From Tubiluchus corallicola (Eukaryota > Animalia > Priapulida): 64,000 bases of DNA. Of this stretch, positions 55,401-64,000 are shown in pieces; within the stretch, counting starts at the first letter, position 1; each line of letters opens with the position of its first letter. The translations under genes were made by a program, and so were the position numbers. Location of the stretch: positions 61,410 through 125,409 of the forward strand of contig JAQGDQ010000622.1 of NCBI GenBank assembly GCA_030141605.1, read 5' to 3'. The notes beneath the pieces are model-generated. The model was not told the DNA's origin and ran no database searches. It saw nothing but the letters and a program-made list of their open reading frames with translations.

Positions 55401-58400
55401 AGATCAGTTATGTTTAGAAACTAACACAGTGTGACCTTGCTGCTTCAATTTCCTGCCATAGCTTGCTGTACCGTTGGTACACGAATAAAAAATTTGTGTT
55501 GTTTGTGAGGCCTGTATTTCTAAAGACATAAGCATTAGTGTAAAGGCATGAAACAAGGCAATATTTCTGTATATTATTTTAATATTGACATGATTGGTTT
55601 TATCTATAAGCCTTAATAGTCTTACTAGTGTTAGCGTGACATTAGAGGGCCGTTCATTCGTTCTTATCGTTGTCAAACGTACGTTAGTTATCCATGCAAA
55701 GCTTTTTGTTTAAATTTTTAGATACTGAAAAGCTCTGCATAATCTTAGAATCTGGCAGTGTTCATGGCTGAGTGGGCATGTGCATGTTTTGCATGAATCA
55801 CTTATAATAGCCTAGGTTCGATGCTCATCCTGAGTAGTTTTGTTCACCGTACTGATTCTGGCAGTTTATCTCGTAAAGCGAGGATGTATATAGATGTGAA
55901 CGTGACTCTCACTTTTAGTGCTTCATTTTAAAGAGAGAGAAAGATGCCCATGACAGTGGGTCAGGGTGTGGTCACACCACAAACATGCTGAAGAGGCTTT
56001 GCAGTTTAATTCTGGAATCCAGCTTATCATAATTTATGCTTGGCATTTCTCTAATTATTAACTATTAAACAACTATTAATGTAACTTCAGAAATTGATGA
56101 ATGTGAGTCCAAACCGTGTCTGAATGGTGCAACTTGTGTTGATGGTCTGAATGCATACCAATGCATCTGCCCGCAAAGTTTTTCTGGAATACATTGTGGA
56201 GTAGGTATAAGCTTTTTAGCTTTTCTTACTGATTGAAAACAGTTTTTTATTTGCAAGCTACGTTAACTCTTTTGTGGGCAAATTAATGTGGTTTTTCATA
56301 AAAAAATGGGCAAATAGAATTTTTGAAGATATGTATTGTTACAGAATCGTTAGAGCTTTACAGAATAGTGTCTAAAAGTACATAAAAAATTAAATTATGT
56401 TTACTATCACTTACCTGTCTATGTTTTGACCATATACACTAGACCCTTTTTCAACTAGGACTAGCGCTGGATCCAGTTACAGCTATGTCACCATCACTAA
56501 AGTGCTGACTATTATTACTGTTGCCTGTTTTGCCTATTTGTGCTCAGATGTATCAAGAACACTTACAATGCCTGCATCAGTCACGTTTCCAAGTGTGTTA
56601 ATAGATGAAGTACAATGTATGTGAAAATCATTAGTATTTACTATTGCCTGTTTTGCATATTTGTTCTTAGATGTATCAAGAACACTTACAGTGCCTGCGA
56701 CAGTCACGTTTCCAAATGTGTTAATAGATGAATGTCAGTCAAATCCTTGCTTCAATGGCGCTACCTGTGTAGATGTTTTCAATGCATACTATTGTGCATG
56801 CGCTGAAGGGTTTTCAGGGCTAAACTGTGAAATCGGTACGTGTGAGCTATTTTTAAAGCAAAAGTCAAGTCTCGTGGGAAGTCAAGCTTATTTTAATGTT
56901 TGAGAAAAATATTAGAAAGTTTCAGCAATAAAATTGTGATAAGCACCTCATGTAATTAGTAAAACCAAATTCAAGTCTCGATCACTTCACCCTTTGGTGC
57001 GCTGTTTTTAGACGAAAAATGGCGCCATCCGGTTTCCGTACAATATAAACACTTATCCTGACAGTTGCTTTAGAATGTTTTCTGGACTTATAGTGCGAAC
57101 TCTAGAAGCTAAGTAACCTGCCCGACATCTGCCTTGTGCTAGAAGCTAAGTAACCTGCCCGACATCTGCCTTGTGCTAGAAGCTAAGTAACCTGCCCGAC
57201 ATCTGCCTTGTGCTAGAAGCTAAGTAACCTGCCCGACATCTGCTTTGTGCTCGAAAGTTTTGATGCATATCTGAAAGTCAACAAAAATCTGTAAATTAAT
57301 TACTTACACAATTAATGTACACTACTTACACATTTTAAGATGTAATCCTGTAGATTAAGGCAATGTAATCACTTTAAATTTGATCATAATTGATCCAATG
57401 ACTAATTTCTGGATAAACACAGTTAAATGCAGGAATGTAGAAATTTTGCAATGCGTACCTTCAGACAACTTTCTTTCACGGTATTCATGCTGCCCAGCAG
57501 TCACTGCCTTACTTCATTTTTTTCAAATATGCCGGCAGTGGTATTCGTTTGGCGGGAAATAAGACGTAGTTATTGTAAATTTCCTTTACATTTTTAAATT
57601 TACGTTTTTAAACGAAGCATTCTATGCGCATATTTTGTGTATTGATTTCAATCTTTTTAGTTGTATATTGAAATGCAATAAATGTTGTACGAGGGTTGGT
57701 TCTTCCTTTAAGTCTTTCAAGCGATTATAAACACCCTTACTAACGCACTGTTTGAAGCAAAAATTTACGTTTTAATGCTATTATTCGTATGCTATGTAAT
57801 ATTTGTAATAGGTGACTATTGGGAGTGAGGAGTTTAAGTAGAATGGAAAAGTTTGGAAGTGGAATGCCGTGGAACTGAGTGGAGTGAAAAATTCCAGATA
57901 GTAGAATAGAATAGGGGTATAGTAGTAGATTACAGTAAAAAGCAGATCAGAGAAGAACTGCACAACATAAGAAGGTAAGGAAATTAGATTTGGTTAAAGG
58001 AAAAGAGCTAGAGGAAGTAGGGATGTGAACAATAATGATACAGATTGATAATTATCGATTATCGTATTGATGCATAAAATTTGTTTTTATCATTAGCGTA
58101 TCAATATTATTCTAGGAATATGGTTATTGTATTGAATTTGGCACGATTGCTTACGCTTACCTTTATATAAAGTTGCTTCACTTTTCTTTTCTACTTATTT
58201 ACAGTAATTACTCAAAGAAATGGATAAAAAGAATTATTTAATATTTGATAAGGTTATCAGACGCTGGAACATTTTCTTAGACTTTTGCCTGGCAATAATG
58301 GCTATCTTCATTCTGATTCATACCAAGACGGATAGAGACCCCTTTACACACTTAGATACTGATGCGCGGAAATCAAATACACTGTACCGAATTTTTAGCG

Positions 58401-60096
58401 TCACTTTCCCACTCATGTGCAGCTCGTTTGAATATATTACTTATATATTTATTTATGAATCATTATGACAAAAGAAACTTGCATTTTATACCTAGCAGCC
58501 ATTTAAGTATGCAGCACTGAATCCACTGAAGCACTTAATAATTTTAATTATTAATGATTCTACTTCTGTCTAACTTCACTATTGTTTTTATCGTTCGAAA
58601 TAATTTATCTTATTGCGTCATCTAAAAATAGTTTGTCGTTATCATATCTCCGAATTTGTATCGTTTAACATCCCTAAGAGGAGAATGGCGCAGAATAGAG
58701 TAGTTGGAAGAATAGAAAAGACTGCAACTTGAAAAGAAAAGCAGCAGATTAGAGTGAAATAGAGTTTAGTAGGAAATAAAGAACATGAATGAAGCGGAGT
58801 GAGAGAAAACAACAGAGATGAATTCCATACAGTGAATAGAATAGAGCAGCCACTATGCCAGACAGCATTCGTATTCGCAATGTACATTCGCATTTCTAAT
58901 TTGTTGTTGAATTCATTTTAGAAATCGACGAATGTAGGAGTAATCCGTGCTTAAACAACGCAGCTTGTGCTGATGGTTTAAATGCATACACTTGCTCTTG
59001 TTTGAAGGGGTACTCGGGAACACATTGTGGAGTAGGTATAAACTTTTTTATCTTTTGTTGATAATTAAATAACATGGAACATATTTGTTGTTAAATTTAA
59101 ACTTGCAATATTTTTTATTTGTTTCTGCTGTTTGCTATTAGTATTATTAGCGATTTCCTCGTTTTTAAAGGAAATTGATGAATGCGACTCTAATCCTTGC
59201 TTAAATGGGGCAACTTGCACTGATGGATTGAACAGGTATGACTGTACCTGCAGAGAAGGTTTTACTGGAATTGACTGTCATACAGGTAAGCGTTTCTCAT
59301 ACCGCACTTATTCAGAGAAGATTTGTTTGATGCTCATTAACTTAATGTGTCCAAAAAATTGAAGTTGTTAATAAACCTACTTATTTAGTATCAAAATCAA
59401 GAAAGCAATAATTATAGGTTCTGTTTCACTTGTTAGCATACATTCTATGTATCTTATTGTTAAAGGAAAACCGGATTCAGTTTAAACTATAGCTCAAAAC
59501 AATCTACACTGTAAAATATTGAAAAGGAACATGTTGCTCTTCTAATAATGACTTATGTGAAAGAATTATTACCACAGAATGGCAATTTTGCATTCGCACA
59601 GCTAGCTCGTTGCTGCTACATGCATTTTGCCATCTGCTAGTTAGATGGGCACTAAGGCGTGTATCTCGAAACAGTTTCAAATATCGATTTCAAACAAGCA
59701 GATTCAATCCATTCAAAAATATGATATGTGTGTATCTATAAATAAATATATCAGGAGAGTTAGTATATAGAGACGACAATCTTTCTTGATAAAATTTTTA
59801 CAACTCAGTGACTCATCACAAATATGGTGTCACACTTGCATCAAACTCATCGTAGACTAATTCAACAGAAATTAGCAGGCATTTTAGACAATAATTAACT
59901 ACTTATTAGCCCACCACAAACAGTTAAATTTGCTGGAATGTCATTATAGATTCTTTGATAAGATTGTTTTATTGAATAACAGAATTGAATGAATGCGGGT
60001 CCAACCCCTGCTTAAATAATGGAACTTGCACTGATCAATTGAATGGCTATGACTGTACATGTGCACAAGGCTTTACTGGAAAAGACTGTGATATTG
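40473..60096 (+). CDS. Array of 27 single-EGF phase-1 exons (fibropellin/Notch-like cbEGF), probably continuing beyond the LINE
   Basis: Exons E1-E27: 40473-40583, 41048-41161, 41342-41455, 41721-41834, 42386-42499, 42615-42728, 43816-43929, 44480-44593, 45027-45140, 45863-45976, 47311-47424, 47938-48051, 48592-48705, 49184-49297, 49765-49878, 50072-50185, 51220-51333 (damaged), ~52099-52186 (pseudo), 52337-52450, 52955-53068, 54152-54265, 55000-55113, 56091-56204, 56671(or 56728)-56835, 58922-59035, 59172(or 59151)-59285, 59983-60096. Consensus DIDECxSxPCLNxAxCxDGxNxYxCxCxxGFSGxxCE. Confidence 0.9.
40820..40903. repeat. 30-bp inverted repeat around a (TA)n loop
   Basis: atctgcattgttaatcaagtaattaaagta / tactttaattacttgattaacaatgtagat, 1 mismatch. 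Confidence 0.9.
46597..47235. mobile_element. Old hAT-like MITE
   Basis: cagtggcatagcta / tagctatgctgctg termini; GC-rich subtermini; TSD eroded. Confidence 0.6.
47514..47848. mobile_element. MITE family B copy 2
   Basis: ctcggtttgtcag ... ctggcaaaccaag termini; homologous to 28850-29168. Confidence 0.75.
50443..51212. mobile_element. pogo/Tigger-like MITE (family A), complete
   Basis: TIR cagtagacgccgcttaatagac / gtctattaagcggcacctactg; TA on both sides. Confidence 0.9.
51220..51333 (+). pseudogene. Damaged EGF cassette exon E17
   Basis: [38 protein letters not shown]: Cys2 lost (AGC), D to G, Y to N; a MITE sits in its acceptor tract. Confidence 0.75.
51398..51600 (+). mobile_element. 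tRNA-derived SINE
   Basis: A-box-like tagctcaatagtag and B-box-like ggttcaactct at tRNA spacing; no clean cloverleaf; 3' end approximate. Confidence 0.6.
52099..52186 (+). pseudogene. Decayed EGF pseudo-exon E18
   Basis: cctgc...tgtattaatggtgtgaatgaatacaaatg-atatgtgcacaagggtttactggactatattgtcagatag|gt: 5' end missing and a 1-nt deletion in a Cys codon. Confidence 0.8.
56511..56732 (+). repeat. 123-bp-spaced tandem duplication of an acceptor plus linker segment
   Basis: ttgcctgttttgc..ag|atgtatcaagaacacttaca..gtcacgtttccaa.tgtgttaatagatgaa occurs twice (exon starts 56548 and 56671). Confidence 0.9.
57102..57251. repeat. 37-bp minisatellite, 4 copies
   Basis: ctagaagctaagtaacctgcccgacatctgccttgtg at 57102, 57139, 57176 and 57213. 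Confidence 0.95.
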
Positions 60097-60452
60097 GTAT
60101 ACACTTTTGATTAACATTTATATATATATATATAAATTCTTTATTTGTCATTAAAAATGGCTCACTCATTACAATAAAATTGAGTAATACTCAGCGTAAT
60201 GTTAAAAACAACACTGTTCAAGACAAATGCGTCCAGTGCAGACTAAAAAAACTAAAGTGTAAAACTAAGGCCTAATTATATACAATAAATGAACATATTT
60301 ACAAACACAATATTAAAATATTTTTACAAAACAATATTACAAAAAAAACATTAAATTTTGCAAGACATATTTTACACTATATATACATTTAACATGACAC
60401 AACAGAAACATGTTTTACATTACATAATTTTTTTTTAATTTTACATTTTTAA

Positions 60453-62006
60453 TCATTTTATGGAGTTAGGGGCGGGGATAGATGAAAATTGAGTCTGTGT
60501 AATTAGTATCAGATATGCACAATGTGGAAGTTGAAACCTGTTATATTGATATTCTTTTAATTTCTTTTTAAAGTGGTGGAGAGATTCTATTAGTTTTATT
60601 TCACTGGGTAGTAAGTTCCATGAATGTATGGCCTGTTTTGATATAGAGTTATTTCCAAATTTGTTGTTTACTGTAATTTGCTTTAAATTGTATGTTCTAT
60701 TGTTTAAAGTGGTATCAGGAATGAATGCTAAGGGATTGTTTATAAATGGAATGCTCAGTTTGTTGATATATTTATAAAGAAATATCAGTGTTTTGTAATC
60801 TCGATAGGCTTCTAATATTGGTATTTTTGTGGACGTTCTTATGCTTGTTGCAGATGCAGCATGTTGTTTAGCAGTTTTATTAGAATAGCCATGAATTAAT
60901 CTAAGTGCGTAGTTTTGCATTGTATTTAGTTTTCTAAAGTTTTCATTCTTAACGTTTTGAAGTAAAGTGCAACCATACAGATAATGTGGTAATATTAGAC
61001 TTTTGTAGATGAGAATTTTTGTTTTCTTGGTCAGATGGCCTCTGGTTTGGCGTAAGAATGCCGTGCTTAATGCCATCTTGTTGTGTATTTGTTGAAACTG
61101 TTCATCCCAAGTGAGTTTATTATCGACAGTAATGCCTAAAAATTTTACATTTTTTGCTTGTTCTATGGAACAGTCACCTACTTTTAGTGTTGTATTAGAA
61201 GTAATGTCATTTGATTTGGGTGATATTACCATAAATTCTGTCTTATCATCATTCATTTTTAAACCAAAATAGTTAAATGCTGTATTTATATTTGTTATGT
61301 CTTTTTCTAGATTATTTTTTGATGTTAGAAAGTCTGCGTGTGCTGTATAGATAGTTGTATCATCGGCATATTGTGTTAAGTCTGAATTATGTAAAACTAA
61401 ATGAATTTTATTAACATATAAACAAAAGAGTAAAGGACCTAATATCGTACCGTGCGGGATGCCTCTCAGTGGTGTGTCCCATGCTGAAAAAGTGTGTTTG
61501 TTCAGCTTGACTCTTTGTTTTCTATTGTGTAGGTAATTATTAATTAGTTTGAGAGAAGTATAATCGAATCCTAGTTGGCGTAAGTTGTCTAGTAGTAAAT
61601 TGTGATCGAGGCTGTCAAAAGCTTTACTTAGATCTAAAAATGCTGCTGTTATATATTTGTTTTTATTTAAGTTGTAACGCCACTCTTCAGTGGCATCAAT
61701 TATTGCGTCTATTGTAGAATGTAGTTTTCTAAAACCGAATTGATGATTTGACAGTAACTTATTATTTTCAATGTAATGATTTATTTCGTTGTAGATAACT
61801 CTTTCAAATACTTTGGCTAGTACATGCACTACTGAAATTGGTCTGTAGTTTTTAGCGTCATCTTTAGCATCTTTCTTGTATATTGGAGTTATGTTTGCTT
61901 GTTTACACACTGCTTGAAATTCTGAGCGCATTAAGACTTGGTTTGTGATATATGTTAGATGAGGAGTAATGATGCTGGCACAGTCTTTTAAGATTTTTAT
62001 TGGCAT
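60453..62006 (-). pseudogene. LINE ORF2 C-part: reverse transcriptase
   Basis: NYRPIS, QFGFR, DLSKAFD, YADD, FLGI, WNLLP motifs; out of frame with the APE part. Confidence 0.92.
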
Positions 62007-62324
62007 GTCTGAGGGTCCACTTCCTTTATTTATATTTAAACTGTTTAATATTCGGTGACGCTGGTAAATGAGAAAGTGGATTGTGTTACTGATTGGTTTT
62101 TGTATATATTGTGTATATTTGCATTATGTTGGCGTGGCAAGTTGTCAAATTTTCCGAGATTGCTAAATGTGGAATTTAATTTGTTAGCAATGTCAACTGG
62201 ATCAGATATCATACTGTCATTTTCTCGTAAGCTGTTTATTTGTAATTGATTGTTTCTGTATCTGTTAAGTACGTCATTAATTAATCGCCATTTTTGCTTA
62301 GGTGTAGTTGCATCATTGCATTTA

Positions 62325-63482
62325 TTAATATAATATAGAATAATCTCTGACTGTTTTCCAGACTGTGCCTGTATTGTTTTTGGTTGGTTCTTTTTTGTCT
62401 ACTAATATTATAAAATCATGATCAGAATAATCACACGAGAAGTTTTCTTGTACTTGGAAATTGTCTTTAGCGTTTGAGATAAAGTGGTCTATGGTAGTAG
62501 ATGATGTTTTAGTGATTCTTGTGGGTTTATTACTTACGTTTAGTATTTGTGTGTTATATTGGTCCAAGGCTTCTTTATACTTTTTGCACTGAGCAGTATT
62601 TGTTGAACTAATATCGATATTAAAATCCCCCATTAATAAAACTGGTTGATTTTCAAGCACAGCACGTTCGAGTTCAATTTCAAAATGTTCTAAAAAAGTT
62701 TTATATTTTTGATTTGGTGGCTTATAAATGACACCTACAATGTAGTTTTCAATATTACACCAAATTGATTCTATTTTGTTAGTTTTAATTCCTTTGGCTT
62801 CGTTAAATGTCATGTGTTTTGGGATGTACATTGCAACCCCTCCCCCACGTTTATGTGTGGGACGGTCTCGACGTATGAGTGTATGATGAGGCAGTTGTAT
62901 GGAGGCACTGGGTATTTGCTTGTGTAGCCAAGTTTCGGTCATTCCAACGACTAAATTTTCAGATGAACGAATTGTGTCTTTAAGCAATGCATGTTTTTTT
63001 GTCAGACTTTGTATATTGATACATAGAAATTTCAAATTCTTTTTATGTTTTTGCATAAAATCTGCCAGCTCTAAGTCAATGTGGTTTTGCGTGGGGGTTT
63101 GGTTTAAGGGACCTGGATTAGTTTCAGTACAACCAATTATAAGCAACATTTTTAATACTGTTAGAAAATAATCATGGTTACAATTATTTTTAATCCAGTT
63201 TAATAAAGTAGGGGAGTACTGAAACTTGTAATATAAATCTCTAGTATCTGAAAGTGTGCACTTTCTCACATATGAAAACTGTAAAATAGAAGCAGAATAG
63301 CAAAAATTTACGCACGAGTTATTTTCGATCCATTTTTGTGATATTATTACGCAGCAAGACGTGCATACACGTTTCAGTGTACCAGAGATTGGCACTGGAC
63401 ACATCTGTCTTGAGTTTGTACATTCTTTACACAATATTCGTTTATTTTCAGTAAAACTTAAAATTTTTCGTTTAAAATTCAT
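62325..63482 (-). pseudogene. LINE ORF2 N-part: Cys-rich leader, 2A-like motif, APE endonuclease
   Basis: Complete set of APE motifs; ends prematurely after RDYS. Confidence 0.88.
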
Positions 63483-63577
63483 GATTAAAATATATGTATA
63501 CTATATCACGCTTATTGCAGTTATTTACAGTTTAGTTCATTCGTGTCTTTAATAAACTGTTTAATAGTTTTTCAAGT

Positions 63578-64000
63578 TTACACAAACTTAGAAATGAATT
63601 CTTTTACTAATCCGGTAAACAGATTTTCAATTTCTGATTTTAATGCCTCTTTTTGAATAGGCTTAGTATCAGCTGAAGGTTTATCAGAGTCATTTGAATA
63701 ATTTACAGGAGTTGGTAATAATGGTAACCTTTTCACTGCATTTGCGTAACTAGCTGGTTTATAATTATACTGACTTTGTGTAAAGCCACGAGTAACTCTA
63801 TCTTTGTTTTGATTAGTCTTAACCCTATACCATCGATTTGGGTCATTAAACAAACATAGTTTAATGCATTCTCGCAGCTTTTGTACACCTAATCTACTCG
63901 GGTGTAATCCGTCTCTCGCAATTAAATTGTCATCTTCAAAATGACATTGCAAATTGCACAAAATGGTATTAGTTTTAGTTGTCAGAGTTTCAAGTTCACT
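63578..64000 (-). CDS. LINE ORF1 C-terminal part (esterase-like)
   Basis: ARDGLHPSRLG motif as in SGNH-type ORF1 proteins of CR1/L2 elements. Confidence 0.7.
   Translation of the reverse strand, partial: SELETLTTKTNTILCNLQCHFEDDNLIARDGLHPSRLGVQKLRECIKLCLFNDPNRWYRVKTNQNKDRVTRGFTQSQYNYKPASYANAVKRLPLLPTPVNYSNDSDKPSADTKPIQKEALKSEIENLFTGLVKEFISKFV

Larger units (their letters stand above)
60118..64000 (-). mobile_element. CR1/L2-clade LINE, near full length, with disrupted ORF2; 5' end beyond the window
   Basis: ORF1 fragment with SGNH-esterase-like DGLHP; APE motifs (NIQSL, TETWL, GGGVAMY, YKPP, GDFNID, TIDH, SDH); RT motifs (FLDLSKAFD, GIPHGTILGP, YADD); 3' UTR ending AATAAA and (TA)n at about 60120-60145. 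Confidence 0.93.

Noticed and set aside
57102-57251. 37-bp repeats of CRISPR-like length
   Set aside because: Head-to-tail with no spacers, no cas genes, and inside a eukaryotic intron: a minisatellite.
40473-60096. Calling the array Notch, Crumbs or fibropellin
   Set aside because: No LNR, ankyrin, CUB, avidin or interspersed LamG modules were seen; similarity is limited to the generic cbEGF consensus, so no gene symbol was given.

Overview
AT-rich eukaryotic (invertebrate animal-like) genomic DNA with GT-AG introns. No prokaryotic features, rRNA or CRISPR arrays were seen. I assembled the exons by hand from splice sites and reading phase. (1) Minus strand: a secreted tectonin/tachylectin-type beta-propeller lectin gene (signal exon 6359-6419 plus 3 propeller exons; it continues past the left edge). 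(2) Head-to-head on the plus strand: a large mosaic receptor gene starting at ATG 12848, with signal peptide, 5 WSC domains, Kunitz, EGF, a Cys linker and a pentraxin/LamG-like domain. A single 2-kb exon follows, encoding 12 EGF (six 147-bp internal repeats), a WAP-like motif, a TM helix and a short tail. (3) Directly downstream, with no new signal-peptide exon, lies an array of 27 phase-1/phase-1 single-EGF exons (mostly 114 nt, mostly Ca-binding type; 2 clearly decayed, 1 with a shifted acceptor), apparently built from a six-exon higher-order repeat. The array most plausibly is an alternative 3' end of the same receptor (inference). (4) A near-full-length but broken CR1/L2-type LINE with a 2A-like motif at the right end, plus many MITEs (pogo-like and hAT-like), a SINE and two minisatellites. 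No expression data or database searches were available, so all isoform models are hypotheses.
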